This document shows positions 47,677 through 62,655 of a DNA stretch of 64,000 nt, piece by piece. The notes below the pieces were generated by a model that saw nothing but the letters and a program-made list of their open reading frames with translations, was not told the origin of the DNA and did not search any database. The DNA comes from Nemertoderma westbladi (lineage: Eukaryota > Animalia > Xenacoelomorpha). The position numbers were made by a program, and so were the translations under genes. Positions within the stretch are counted from its first letter, which is position 1; every line of letters starts with the position of its first letter. The DNA lies in assembly GCA_032718475.1 (NCBI GenBank), contig JAUCBJ010002656.1, forward strand, positions 1 to 64,000, given 5' to 3'.

Positions 47677-48251
47677 TTAAGTTGGGGAGTCCCTAGATGT
47701 TTGTTGGATTAGGGAGGTGGTCGTGGGAAGAGTATCTTGCCTCCCATAGTTTCCGGAGAGTTCTCTGTCTCTTTCCAGTAAACATAAGCGACCAACTGGG
47801 CGATTGAGCTGCTGTGTCTCGAAGACAATTCCCGGTTTCTTGAAGTTACGTCGCATGACGACGAGTTCTACCGATCGCACCAAACCGTCATCCGAGATGT
47901 GAGTCTCGATGATACGACCTGTCTGCCACCGCTTACGTGGAAGATCTACATCCACAATAAGAACCATGTCTCCAGCGCTGACGTTTTCTTGCTGCGCAAA
48001 CCACTTAGTTCGAAGTTGTAGCGTGGGCAGATAATGTTTTTCGAAATGGTCAGCGAAACGACCGGATAACAACTGCATGAGTTGCCAAGTTTGCCGGCAG
48101 TATTCGTCTCCGTCTGTGATTTCCGATTGTGGGAGCATGGCTACAGGTTTCTTCAGTAGGAAATGCGCGGGTGTTAGCGCTTCCAGGGAATCGGGACTCG
48201 ATGAGACTGGCATAAGCGGTCTCTCGTTGAGATAGGCGGCGATTTCCTCCA
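47677..48251 (-). pseudogene. BEL/Pao integrase C-terminal fragment
   Basis: EIAAYLNERPL...ALTPAHFL...YLPTLQLRTKW...GDMVLI...PRKRWQTGRI...DGLVRSV...RPVGRLCLL. Confidence 0.92.
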
Positions 48252-49750
48252 TTAACCCTATTAAACCCGGGGGGGGTCAATATGACCCCCCCCCCCCCGT
48301 GGTTTTTTTATTATAGTTCTGAAACCAACGCAGTTGGGAATCTGAAATTTTATGACTTTTCCTAAAAATCTATTGTCTTCCTAGTAGTGAAAACCGTTTT
48401 CAAAAATATTGGGTACTTTTCGAGTTATAGCACCATTTTTTAACCCTACTTTTGGCACTTTTTTTGAGACGTTTTTTGAAAATTACATTTCATTAAATAT
48501 GAATTGTAACATCGCTATTTTTGATTTACACCGGTTTTTTGGTGTTAGAAATTTGATGGAATTCATATAAATTGACTTAGAAATTTCAAACTTGTTTTTT
48601 TCGGTGGGTGCCAAATTTTGGTGCCAGCACCAAATTTTGAAATAAGTCAATTTTGTAAATTGATCGTTTGAAACTTGTTTTTTACGCAATTGGGGTTTTT
48701 TGGGTTTCTGGATTCGATGAAATATATACGAGTTGCACCAAGCGTATCAAACTTGTATTTTTCGGTGCTGTGTGCAAATTTTGGTGCTAGCACGAAATTT
48801 TGAAAATCCATTCAATAGATAAAATTGCTTGTGACAATTTATTTCTTGCGTTTTAGAGGTTTATGGCTGTTCTGAATTCAATGGAAAATATAATTATCGA
48901 ACTAGACATCTCAAACTTGTATTTTTCGGATGTGGGTGCAAAATGTGGTGCTAGCACCAAATTTTGAAAACCATCAAATATATCAATTGATTGTGTCGCC
49001 TTGTTTCTTGCGTTATACGGGTTTGTGATGGTTCTGAATTCAATGGAATCAGTAAAAATTTCATAAGAGTTCTCAAACTTGTATTTTTCGCCGGTCGGTG
49101 AAAATTGTTGTGCCAGCACCAAATTTTGGAAAATATGCAAATTGATAAGTAGATAGTATCACCTTGTTTCTTGCGTTATACGGGTTTATGAGGGTCCTGA
49201 ATCCAATGGAATCAATAAAAACAGCACTGGACATCGCAAACTTGTACTTTTTGGTGATGGGTACGAAATTTGGTGCTAGCACCAAAATTTGCCAAATTAC
49301 GCCTAAAAATACAAGTAGCAATGATCTGGCATATTAGAAATGTATTCCATTAGAATCAGCGCCCTCGAAAACCTGAAAATGTGAATTTATAGCATCGTAT
49401 AAGTGAATTAAAAATTTTGTGTTCAAACTGAAAAGTGCTGGTTACTTGTTTTTTTCATTTTTTTCCTACGCAGAGAGGACTAAACAGCCATTTATAGTAA
49501 TCATATCATTTTTTAATATTTTTCAATGTATTTTGCACCCCAGAAAACCAGTATTAAAAAATAATTAGCCTAAAATGTAACTTTCAAATTTGGTGAAAAT
49601 TGTGCACTACTTATAATTTTGGTGCTGCAATATAACCACCCCAGTACATTTTTTCGAAAAATTTTTTTTTCGGTCGGATCCAGACAAGTGATACCTACGT
49701 ACAAACAAAAAATCAGACGTTTTCGTAAATATTTGTAGATTTTAGAGGGG
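48252..49750 (+). mobile_element. Non-autonomous DNA transposon with piggyBac-like left end and ~162 bp internal tandem repeats
   Basis: Begins TTAA-CCCTATT...GGGGGGGGTCAATATGACCCCCCC exactly where the integrase breaks. Unit aaacttgtatttttcgg...ggtgctagcaccaaattttg at ~48588, 48750, 48914, 49075 and 49239. The matching right TIR was not found. Confidence 0.65.
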
Positions 49751-49751
49751 G

Positions 49752-52700
49752 TACCGCCGTTCCATTAACCATAAGGTAACATTCTAACTACCGCCGTTCC
49801 ATTAACCATAAGGTAACATTCTAACTACCGCCGTTCCATTAACCATAAGGTAACATTCTAACTACCGCCGTTCCATTAACCATAAGGTAACATTCAAACT
49901 ACCGCCGTTCCATTAACCATAAGGTAACATTCTAACTACCGCCGTTCCATTAACCATAAGGTAACATTCAAACTACCGCCGTTCCATTAACCATAAGGTA
50001 ACATTCAAACTACCGCCGTTCCATTAACCATAAGGTAACATTCAAACTACCGCCGTTCCATTAACCATAAGGTAACATTCTAACTACCGCCGTTCCATTA
50101 ACCATAAGGTAACATTCAAACTACCGCCGTTCCATTAACCATAAGGTAACATTCAAACTACCGCCGTTCCATTAACCATAAGGTAACATTCAAACTACCG
50201 CCGTTCCATTAACCATAAGGTAACATTCAAACTACCGCCGTTCCATTAACCATAAGGTAACATTCAAACTACCGCCGTTCCATTAACCATAAGGTAACAT
50301 TCAAACTACCGCCGTTCCATTAACCATAAGGTAACATTCAAACTACCGCCGTTCCATTAACCATAAGGTAACATTCAAACTACCGCCGTTCCATTAACCA
50401 TAAGGTAACATTCAAACTACCGCCGTTCCATATTAATCATAAGGTAACATTCAAACTACCGCCGTTCCATTAACCATAAGGTAACATTCAAACTACCGCC
50501 GTTCCATTAACCATAAGGTAACATTCAAACTACCGCCGTTCCATTAACCATAAGGTAACATTCAAACTACCGCCGTTCCATTAACCATAAGGTAACATTC
50601 AAACTACCGCCGTTCCATTAACCATAAGGTAACATTCAAACTACCGCCGTTCCATATTAATCATAAGGTAACATTCTAACTACCGCCGTTCCATTAACCA
50701 TAAGGTAACATTCTAACTACCGCCGTTCCATTAACCATAAGGTAACATTCTAACTACCGCCGTTCCATTAACCATAAGGTAACATTCAAACTACCGCCGT
50801 TCCATTAACCATAAGGTAACATTCAAACTACCGCCGTTCCATTAACCATAAGGTAACATTCAAACTACCGCCGTTCCATTAACCATAAGGTAACATTCAA
50901 ACTACCGCCGTTCCATTAACCATAAGGTAACATTCTAACTACCGCCGTTCCATTAACCATAAGGTAACATTCAAACTACCGCCGTTCCATTAACCATAAG
51001 GTAACATTCTAACTACCGCCGTTCCATTAACCATAAGGTAACATTCTAACTACCGCCGTTCCATTAACCATAAGGTAACATTCTAACTACCGCCGTTCCA
51101 TTAACCATAAGGTAACATTCAAACTACCGCCGTTCCATTAACCATAAGGTAACATTCAAACTACCGCCGTTCCATTAACCATAAGGTAACATTCAAACTA
51201 CCGCCGTTCCATTAACCATAAGGTAACATTCAAACTACCGCCGTTCCATTAACCATAAGGTAACATTCAAACTACCGCCGTTCCATTAACCATAAGGTAA
51301 CATTCAAACTACCGCCGTTCCATTAACCATAAGGTAACATTCAAACTACCGCCGTTCCATTAACCATAAGGTAACATTCAAACTACCGCCGTTCCATTAA
51401 CCATAAGGTAACATTCAAACTACCGCCGTTCCATTAACCATAAGGTAACATTCTAACTACCGCCGTTCCATTAACCATAAGGTAACATTCAAACTACCGC
51501 CGTTCCATTAACCATAAGGTAACATTCAAACTACCGCCGTTCCATTAACCATAAGGTAACATTCAAACTACCGCCGTTCCATTAACCATAAGGTAACATT
51601 CAAACTACCGCCGTTCCATTAACCATAAGGTAACATTCAAACTACCGCCGTTCCATTAACCATAAGGTAACATTCAAACTACCGCCGTTCCATTAACCAT
51701 AAGGTAACATTCAAACTACCGCCGTTCCATTAATCATAAGGTAACATTCAAACTACCGCCGTTCCATTAATCATAAGGTAACATTCTAACTACCGCCGTT
51801 CCATTAACCATAAGGTAACATTCAAACTACCGCCGTTCCATTAACCATAAGGTAACATTCAAACTACCACCGTTCCATTAACCATAAGGTAACATTCAAA
51901 CTACCGCCGTTCCATTAACCATAAGGTAACATTCAAACTACCGCCGTTCCATTAACCATAAGGTAACATTCAAACTACCGCCGTTCCATTAACCATAAGG
52001 TAACATTCAAACTACCGCCGTTCCATTAACCATAAGGTAACATTCAAACTACCGCCGTTCCATTAACCATAAGGTAACATTCAAACTACCGCCGTTCCAT
52101 TAACCATAAGGTAACATTCAAACTACCGCCGTTCCATTAACCATAAGGTAACATTCAAACTACCGCCGTTCCATTAACCATAAGGTAACATTCAAACTAC
52201 CGCCGTTCCATTAACCATAAGGTAACATTCAAACTACCGCCGTTCCATTAACCATAAGGTAACATTCTAACTACCGCCGTTCCATTAATCATAAGGTAAC
52301 ATTCTAACTACCGCCGTTCCATTAACCATAAGGTAACATTCAAACTACCGCCGTTCCATTAACCATAAGGTAACATTCAAACTACCGCCGTTCCATTAAC
52401 CATAAGGTAACATTCAAACTACCGCCGTTCCATTAACCATAAGGTAACATTCAAACTACCGCCGTTCCATATTAACCATAAGGTAACATTCTAACTACCG
52501 CCGTTCCATTAACCATAAGGTAACATTCTAACTACCGCCGTTCCATTAACCATAAGGTAACATTCTAACTACCGCCGTTCCATTAACCATAAGGTAACAT
52601 TCAAACTACCGCCGTTCCATTAACCATAAGGTAACATTCAAACTACCGCCGTTCCATTAACCATAAGGTAACATTCAAACTACCGCCGTTCCATTAACCA

Positions 52701-55700
52701 TAAGGTAACATTCAAACTACCGCCGTTCCATATTAACCATAAGGTAACATTCTAACTACCGCCGTTCCATTAACCATAAGGTAACATTCTAACTACCGCC
52801 GTTCCATTAACCATAAGGTAACATTCTAACTACCGCCGTTCCATTAACCATAAGGTAACATTCAAACTACCGCCGTTCCATTAACCATAAGGTAACATTC
52901 TAACTACCGCCGTTCCATTAACCATAAGGTAACATTCAAACTACCGCCGTTCCATTAACCATAAGGTAACATTCTAACTACCGCCGTTCCATTAACCATA
53001 AGGTAACATTCAAACTACCGCCGTTCCATATTAACCATAAGGTAACATTCAAACTACCGCCGTTCCATTAACCATAAGGTAACATTCAAACTACCGCCGT
53101 TCCATTAACCATAAGGTAACATTCAAACTACCGCCGTTCCATTAATCATAAGGTAACATTCAAACTACCGCCGTTCCATATTAATCATAAGGTAACATTC
53201 AAACTACCGCCGTTCCATTAACCATAAGGTAACATTCAAACTACCGCCGTTCCATATTAACCATAAGGTAACATTCAAACTACCGCCGTTCCATTAACCA
53301 TAAGGTAACATTCAAACTACCGCCGTTCCATTAACCATAAGGTAACATTCAAACTACCGCCGTTCCATTAACCATAAGGTAACATTCAAACTACCGCCGT
53401 TCCATTAACCATAAGGTAACATTCAAACTACCGCCGTTCCATTAACCATAAGGTAACATTCTAACTACCGCCGTTCCATTAACCATAAGGTAACATTCTA
53501 ACTACCGCCGTTCCATTAACCATAAGGTAACATTCAAACTACCGCCGTTCCATATTAACCATAAGGTAACATTCAAACTACCGCCGTTCCATTAACCATA
53601 AGGTAACATTCAAACTACCGCCGTTCCATTAACCATAAGGTAACATTCAAACTACCGCCGTTCCATTAACCATAAGGTAACATTCAAACTACCGCCGTTC
53701 CATTTAACCATAAGGTAACATTCAAACTACCGCCGTTCCATTAACCATAAGGTAACATTCAAACTACCGCCGTTCCATATTAACCATAAGGTAACATTCA
53801 AACTACCACCGTTCCATTAACCATAAGGTAACATTCAAACTACCGCCGTTCCATTAACCATAAGGTAACATTCAAACTACCGCCGTTCCATTAACCATAA
53901 GGTAACATTCAAACTACCGCCGTTCCATTAACCATAAGGTAACATTCAAACTACCGCCGTTCCATTAACCATAAGGTAACATTCAAACTACCGCCGTTCC
54001 ATTAACCATAAGGTAACATTCTAACTACCGCCGTTCCATTAACCATAAGGTAACATTCTAACTACCGCCGTTCCATTAACCATAAGGTAACATTCAAACT
54101 ACCGCCGTTCCATTAACCATAAGGTAACATTCAAACTACCGCCGTTCCATTAACCATAAGGTAACATTCAAACTACCGCCGTTCCATTAACCATAAGGTA
54201 ACATTCAAACTACCGCCGTTCCATATTAATCATAAGGTAACATTCTAACTACCGCCGTTCCATTAACCATAAGGTAACATTCTAACTACCGCCGTTCCAT
54301 TAACCATAAGGTAACATTCTAACTACCGCCGTTCCATTAACCATAAGGTAACATTCAAACTACCGCCGTTCCATTAACCATAAGGTAACATTCAAACTAC
54401 CGCCGTTCCATTAACCATAAGGTAACATTCAAACTACCGCCGTTCCATTAACCATAAGGTAACATTCAAACTACCGCCGTTCCTATTAACCATAAGGTAA
54501 CATTCTAACTACCGCCGTTCCATTAACCATAAGGTAACATTCTAACTACCGCCGTTCCATTAACCATAAGGTAACATTCTAACTACCGCCGTTCCATTAA
54601 CCATAAGGTAACATTCAAACTACCGCCGTTCCATTAACCATAAGGTAACATTCAAACTACCGCCGTTCCATTAACCATAAGGTAACATTCAAACTACCGC
54701 CGTTCCATTAACCATAAGGTAACATTCTAACTACCGCCGTTCCATTAACCATAAGGTAACATTCAAACTACCGCCGTTCCATATTAACCATAAGGTAACA
54801 TTCAAACTACCGCCGTTCCATTAACCATAAGGTAACATTCAAACTACCGCCGTTCCATTAACCATAAGGTAACATTCAAACTACCGCCGTTCCATTAACC
54901 ATAAGGTAACATTCAAACTACCGCCGTTCCATATTAATCATAAGGTAACATTCAAACTACCGCCGTTCCATTAACCATAAGGTAACATTCAAACTACCGC
55001 CGTTCCATTAACCATAAGGTAACATTCAAACTACCGCCGTTCCATATTAACCATAAGGTAACATTCAAACTACCGCCGTTCCATTAACCATAAGGTAACA
55101 TTCTAACTACCGCCGTTCCATTAACCATAAGGTAACATTCAAACTACCGCCGTTCCATTAACCATAAGGTAACATTCTAACTACCGCCGTTCCATTAACC
55201 ATAAGGTAACATTCAAACTACCGCCGTTCCATTAAGCATAAGGTAACATTCTAATTACCGCCGTTCCATTAACCATAAGGTAACATTCAAACTACCGCCG
55301 TTCCATTAACCATAAGGTAACATTCAAACTACCGCCGTTCCATTAACCATAAGGTAACATTCAAACTACCGCCGTTCCATATTAACCATAAGGTAACATT
55401 CTAACTACCACCGTTCCATTAACCATAAGGTAACATTCAAACTACCGCCGTTCCATTAACCATAAGGTAACATTCAAACTACCGCCGTTCCATTAACCAT
55501 AAGGTTCCATATTAACATAAGGTAACATTCTACTACCGCCGTTCCATTAACCATAAGGTAACATTCAAACTACCGCCGTTCCATTAACCATAAGGTAACA
55601 TTCAAACCACCGCCGTTCCATATTAACCATAAGGTAACATTCTAACTACCGCCGTTCCATTAACCATAAGGTAACATTCAAACTACCGCCGTTCCATTAA

Positions 55701-57987
55701 CCATAAGGTAACATTCTAACTACCGCCGTTCCATATTAACCATAAGGTAACATTCTAACTACCGCCGTTCCATTAACCATAAGGTAACATTCAAACTACC
55801 GCCGTTCCATATTAACCATAAGGTAACATTCAAACTACCGCCGTTCCATTAACCATAAGGTAACATTCTAACTACCGCCGTTCCATTAACCATAAGGTAA
55901 CATTCTAACTACCGCCGTTCCATATTAATCATAAGGCAACATTCAAACTACCGCCGTTCCATTAACCATAAGGTAACGTTCTTACTACCGCCGTTCCATT
56001 AACCATAAGGTAACATTCTAACTACCGCCGTTCCATATTAATCATAAGGTAACATTCTAACTACCGCCGTTCCATTAACCATAAGGTAACGTTCTTACTA
56101 CCGCCGTTCCATTAACCATAAGGTAACATTCTAACTACCGCCGTTCCATATTAATCATAAGGTAACATTCTAACTACCGCCGTTCCATTAACCATAAGGT
56201 AACATTCTAACTACCGCCGTTCCATTAACCATAAGGTAACATTCTAACTACCGCCGTTCCATTAACCATAAGGTAACATTCAAACTACCACCGTTCCATT
56301 AACCATAAGGTAACATTCAAACTACCGCCGTTCCATTAACAAGGTAACATTCAAACTACCACCGTTCCATATTAATCATAAGGTAACATTCTAACTACCG
56401 CCGTTCCATTAACCATAAGGTAACATTCAAACTACCACCGTTCCATTAACCATAAGGTAACATTCAAACTACCGCCGTTCCATATTAATCATAAGGTAAC
56501 ATTCTAACTACCGCCGTTCCATTAACCACAAGGTAACATTCAAACTACCGCCGTTCCATTAACCATAAGGTAACATTCAAACTACCGCCGTTCCATATTA
56601 ACCATAAGGTAACATTCTAACTACCGCCGTTCCATTAACCATAAGGTAACATTCTAACTACCGCCGTTCCATTAACCATAAGGTAACATTCAAACTACCG
56701 CCGTTCCATTAACCATAAGGTAACATTCAAACTACCGCCGTTCCATTAACCATAAGGTAACATTCAAACTACCGCCGTTCCATTAACCATAAGGTAACAT
56801 TCAAACTACCGCCGTTCCATTAACCATAAGGTAACATTCAAACTACCGCCGTTCCATTAACCATAAGGTAACATTCAAACTACCGCCGTTCCATTAACCA
56901 TAAGGTAACATTCAAACTACCGCCGTTCCATTAATCATAAGGTAACATTCAAACTACCACCGTTCCATTAACCATAAGGTAACATTCAAACTACCGCCGT
57001 TCCATTAACCATAAGGTAACATTCAAACTACCGCCGTTCCATTAACCATAAGGTAACATTCAAACTACCGCCGTTCCATTAACCATAAGGTAACATTCAA
57101 ACTACCGCCGTTCCATTAACCATAAGGTAACATTCAAACTACCGCCGTTCCATTAATCATAAGGTAACATTCAAACTACCACCGTTCCATTAACCATAAG
57201 GTAACATTCAAACTACCGCCGTTCCATATTAACCATAAGGTAACATTCTAACTACCGCCGTTCCATTAACCATAAGGTAACATTCAAACTACCACCGTTC
57301 CATTAACCATAAGGTAACATTCAAACTACCGCCGTTCCATATTAATCATAAGGTAACATTCTAACTACCGCCGTTCCATTAACCATAAGGTAACATTCAA
57401 ACTACCACCGTTCCATTAACCATAAGGTAACATTCAAACTACCGCCGTTCCATATTAACCATAAGGTAACATTCAAACTACCGCCGTTCCATTAACCATA
57501 AGGTAACATTCAAACTACCGCCGTTCCATATTAACCATAAGGTAACATTCTAACTACCACCGTTCTATTAACCATAAGGCAACATTCAAATTACCGCCGT
57601 TCCATATTAACCATAAGGTAACATTCAAACTACCGCCGTTCCATTAACCATAAGGTAACATTCAAACTACCGCCGTTCCATATTAACCATAAGGTAACAT
57701 TCAAACTACCGCCGTTCCATTAACCATAAGGTAACATTCAAACTACCGCCGTTCCATATTAACCATAAGGTAACATTCAAACTACCGCCGTTCCATTAAC
57801 CATAAGGTAACATTCAAACTACCGCCGTTCCATATTAACCATAAGGTAACATTCTAACTACCGCCGTTCCATTAACCATAAGGTAACATTCAAACTACCG
57901 CCGTTCCATATTAACCATAAGTTAACATTCAAACTACCGCCGTTCCATATTAACCATAAGGTAACATTCAAACTACCGCCGTTCCAT
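49752..57987. repeat. 37 bp satellite array (~220 units), consensus CTACCGCCGTTCCATTAACCATAAGGTAACATTC(A/T)AA
   Basis: Direct tandem periodicity of 37, with 39 bp variants carrying a TA insertion. Confidence 0.98.
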
Positions 57988-58105
57988 AATTTTAAGAATA
58001 AAGACATCGAACTTCTCAGAAAATTATTTTAATTGGCAGATCCCAAACAAGACCCCCTTTTTAAAATTTTTTCAATTTTATAGTTAGGTAATAGTAGTTC
58101 TAAAA

Positions 58106-58482
58106 AGGTGTAAACGTTGTGCCGTCATTGTCGGCATAACGTTGTGCCCACAGTGTTGGTATAACGTTGTGCCGACAGTGTGCAGATAATGTGCTAACGT
58201 TGTGCCAACAGTGTGGAGATAATGTGCTAATGTTGTGCCGACAGTGTCGGCATTAAGTTGTGACGACAGTGTCGGCCTACGTAGTGCCGACAGTGTCGGC
58301 GTTACGTTGTACCGACAGTGTCGGCGTTGCATTGTGCTGACAGTGTCGGCATTACGTTGTGCCGACTGTGACCGCATTACGTTGGGCCAACAGTGTGGCG
58401 GGCTAAAACCTAAATATAAATAGGTTCCGACACTGTCGGCACATCGTTATGTCGGCACAGTGTCGGTACAACGTTTACACTC
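58106..58482. mobile_element. MULE-like MITE (377 bp)
   Basis: ~55 bp imperfect TIRs (GTGTAAACGTTGT.CCG...), internal CCGACAGTGTCGG subrepeats and a 9 bp flanking duplication GTTCTAAAA (58097-58105 and 58483-58491). Confidence 0.75.
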
Positions 58483-59335
58483 GTTCTAAAATCAAATCTA
58501 CCATTGGCAGACATATAATTTCACCCCTCAACTCAAGGACAATGTATTATAATATATATTGATACCTTACCTTATTTGAGACAGCCCTCCCATTGGGCCA
58601 TTGTTTATAATCAGACAGTGCGGTTCCATCTTGCGGACATGTTATGTCTGGCTTGTTACTCCAACCGTTGCTGGTGTCTGAAAGCCACAATGCAGAACCA
58701 ACCAATAGTACCGCCTCGTAAAGCTTGTATGTCTGCAGGAAGAAATAAATAGGCTGATGGTGCAGTATTATATAGGCAGTTATTTTTTATGACACCTTTT
58801 TGGTCTTTCGACCCCTTTTTTTCGAAATTACTTTTATGACCCCTTTTATTGTTCTTTATGACCCCTTTTTTCGACATTCAGGCTGTATTGAAACAACAAC
58901 CAGACTGTGATTCACACAATAAACGACTTTATGTCGTACTCTGTTTTAATGAAGTCACTGTATAATAAATTAAATACACACTACTGCACATTCAGACATT
59001 TACAAAATACCATTGAATTAAATCGACTCTGTGCAGCTCTCCTTATCAACTCTCCTAAACATGGGCACAAAATGGCGACTATATGGCGTTTTTCTAACTA
59101 AAAAGAATCGATCAGGATCACTTTAACCAATAGAGAGGAAAGGAGCAGGATACAGTGGCGGGCTTTTTTAAACAAAACAAAATTGGCATTGTTGATCTTG
59201 ATGGTAGGCTGTAGGTAGGGTAAAATATATATCACAATAGTCATGGTCAATTACAACAGAAATCAAGACAGGTGGTTAATGCTGCACAGTACGGTACCGT
59301 ACTACTACTCTATGCTATGGTTCCGCGTCATTAGT

Positions 59336-60548
59336 GGGTCAATTGAACCTATTGCATCAGAACTTTACTTACCTCTGGGTCAATTGAACATATTGCATCA
59401 GAACTTAACTTACCGCTGGGTCAATTAGACCTATTGCATCATGACTTTACAGACCTCCGGGTCAATTGAACATATTGCATCACAACTTAACTTACCTCTG
59501 GGTCAATTGAACCTATTGCATCAGAATTTTACTTACCTCTGGGTCAATTGAACCTATTTCATCAGAACTTTACTTACCTCTGGGTCAATTGGACCTATTG
59601 CATCATGACTTTACAGACCTCTGTGTCAATTGAACCTATTGCATCAGAACTTTACTGACCTCTGGGTCAATTGAACCTATTGCATCAGAACTTTACTTAC
59701 CTCTGGGTCAATTGAACCTATTGCATCATGACTTTACAGACCTCTGGGTCAATTGAACATATTGCATCACAACTTAACTTACCTCTGGGTCAATTGAACC
59801 TATTGCATCAGAACTTTACTTACCTCTGGGTCAATTGGACCTATTGCATCATGACTTTACAGACCTCTGTGTCAATTGAACCTATTGCATCAGAACTTTA
59901 CTGACCTCTGGGTCAATTGAACCTATTGCATCAGAACTTTACTGACCTCTGGGTCAATTGGACCTATTGCATCATGACTTTACAGACCTCTGGGTCAATT
60001 GAACATATTGCATCAAAACTTAACTTACCTCTGGGTCAATTGAACCTATTGCATCAGAACTTTACTGACCTCTGGGTCAATTGGACCTATTGCATCATGA
60101 CTTTACAGACCTCTGTGTCAATTGAACCTATTGCATCAGAACTTTACTGACCTCTGGGTCAATTGGACATATTGCATCAGAACTTTACTGACCTCTGGGT
60201 CAATTGAACCTATTGCATCAGAACTTGACTGACCTCTGGGTCAATTGAACCTATTGCATCAGAACTTTACTGACCTCTGGGTCAATTGGACCTATTGCAT
60301 CAGAACTTTACTTACCTCTGGGTCAATTGAACCTATTGCATCATGACTTTACAGACCTCTGGGTCAATTGAACATATTGCATCAAAACTTAACTTACCTC
60401 TGGGTCAATTGGACCTATTGCATCAGAACTTTACTTACCTCTGGGTCAATTGAACCTGTTGCATCATGACTTTATAGACCTCTGGGTCAATTGAACATAT
60501 TGCATCAAAACTTAACTTACCTCTGGGTCAATTGAACCTATTGCATCA
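59336..60548. repeat. 41 bp minisatellite (~30 units), CTCTGGGTCAATTGAACCTATTGCATCAGAACTTTACTGAC
   Basis: Direct tandem periodicity of 41 with recurring variant units. Confidence 0.97.
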
Positions 60549-60844
60549 GTTCTTTGGTTAATAATAATTAAGGAACCAGAACCGACCAACTTTGGAAGAG
60601 AGTCTCGATTTATTCTCTAAAACAAAGACAAAATAAAGACAACAATCAATCACTGTGCGAGGTCAAACAATGAGTTAAGAATAACGAGCGTTTACACTAC
60701 ACTATATATGGGTACCGTATGCTGCATGTAAAGTAGGTAAAATTGTAAGTTTATCGTAAAAGTGAAATAATTTAGTTACCATTTCCATTTAAAAAGTACA
60801 AGGCAGATTTTAGCCTTGTTTAAAGCATTATTCTTCCCGAAATA

Positions 60845-60928
60845 TGAAAATCCTGCAGGACTGGAACCAACAACCTCTGAACTAGAGATGCGAATTCAAT
60901 TAAACGAATTAATCCACTACGCCAAGGT
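60845..60928 (-). mobile_element. Degenerate tRNA-derived SINE head
   Basis: Minus strand has TGGCGTAGTGG (A box) and GGTTCCAGTCCTG (B-box-like); no intact cloverleaf. Confidence 0.35.
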
Positions 60929-61428
60929 TATCCGGTATGTATAACGTACGCTATACTGTACAGTACAATATACATTACCTATAGCTTTATGACAATTTGT
61001 TAATTAGAAGACCTATAATTTACAGATTTAGGGGGGGGGGGGGGGGGGTGGCGGAATCGTTTGTGTTGCCTACTGTAGCGTATCTTGAATCGTTTTGGTT
61101 GGGAGATTTTCGCATATTATATTATTGCCAAAACAATTTAATAATGTAATGAATAACATGGTATAGATTTCGCCCCGATGAACAACGTCTCAATAATTCC
61201 TTGGCAACGATAAATAAATAGATTACAAAACACTGAGTCGCCCATCTTAGTTACCGATAAACTTGGCAAACCCAACAACCCATTGTCGTTTAATTAAATG
61301 CTGTCCTTCTTTATTAGCAGCAACGCCATAAAATCTGACCAATAGATCAAGAATTTTTTTTCTTTTATTATTTCAAAATTTAGTTCCGTATTTTTATAAC
61401 TGAAAAGTTGTCAGTATTTGAGTAATAA

Positions 61429-61956
61429 ATGGCTGGGCGTGTCCCCCCGCTTTGGTACATGGGCCAGGGTCCCGGGTGGGGACAACGTGACGATTTGAAA
61501 CACGCAAACTCCGAGTACAACAACCACATTCGGGACATCAACAACCGGTACAGGGAGCTCGAGAGACAACGAGAAGACATAATGAAGCGCCTAAACACCA
61601 TATCGAACGGGCCACCACCCCAGCAGCTGGTGGTAAACGATCCCAACAGAGAAGCATCGGAGGGTCGGGTACTCAACGACGTTCGTAGCTCGTTGGACGC
61701 GGCACTGCGCGAGATGCGATCGTTGAATCTGTACGGCCATCCGCCACCTCCACCACCCCCTATCTACCCAACTCCTATAATACATCCTATAGACTCCCAC
61801 AACCCACTGATCGCCGAGTTGCAGTCTATGCTCTATACCTATCTGTCTCAGGGAGGAAAGGACCCCACGGTCATAGAGAAACTCAATGGAATGCTTTCCG
61901 ATGCGGTGCGGAATCAGAAAGGTCCTCCAGTTTCAGTGGACCCACTCAACCTACAG
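61429..61956 (+). CDS. CCDC17: CCDC17-like protein, coding exon 1
   Basis: ATG preceded by in-frame stops; coiled-coil and LxxxYLxQGGxDP segment; donor CAG|gtatta, phase 0. Confidence 0.8.
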
Positions 61957-62655
61957 GTATTAGCGGTTATATAGAGCACACTTTAGCTTGATACAGTTAG
62001 TCGATGTAATTTCTTCAAATCGTGTACGATTGATACGAATGATAGGTGATATTTTAGAATAGCCAATTGCGTATTTGGCGTAAGCCTACAACGATAATGG
62101 TATGGTTTCCAGCAACACATATAGATATAATATTATTTATGTAAAGTTGATGACCTAACCTTTACCATAATTAAATTATTGTATCTTAAAATAATCTACC
62201 AGTTTAACAAACATAAAAAAAATATTCTACCCCCTTGATTACAAATTATTTCCATATTTTACCAAGATATTTTTTTAATTTATCTATTCTGCTATTACTA
62301 CTATAGTTATGTTCGTTTGTTGAAATTCAAAACATTTCTCGATTCTTTCCGATTTCAATCACATTGCAGATGTAAGGTGGCCATTAGAGCTACTGCGCTT
62401 TATTTATTTATTTTCGCGTGAATTAAATTTAGCTTTAATTTAATTTTCGAATAGAATACAATTAAATAATACTTAATTTACTTTCACTTTCATTTTCGCC
62501 TTCATTATAGATTTACTTATGTTGAAATGTGATACTTTATAAAAATACAATCAAAGTTCGTGCAATGCTTCATGTACCGAAATATGGCGGGATTTGTAGG
62601 TAAGATATCTAGAGTATTAAATTAATATTTAATGTTCAATTTTTGACATCAACAG

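Larger units (their letters stand above)
40608..48251 (-). mobile_element. BEL/Pao LTR retrotransposon, 3' half (integrase end, spacer, extra ORF, PPT, LTR)
   Basis: BEL integrase C-terminus, then a large same-strand ORF, PPT and LTR; cut at 48252 by a DNA element. Confidence 0.9.

Noticed and set aside
49752-57987. CRISPR array
   Set aside because: Units are contiguous with no unique spacers, there are no cas genes, and the context is eukaryotic; it is a satellite.
59336-60548. CRISPR array or coding repeat (ORF 59917-60150)
   Set aside because: Pure tandem 41-mer; the ORF is incidental.
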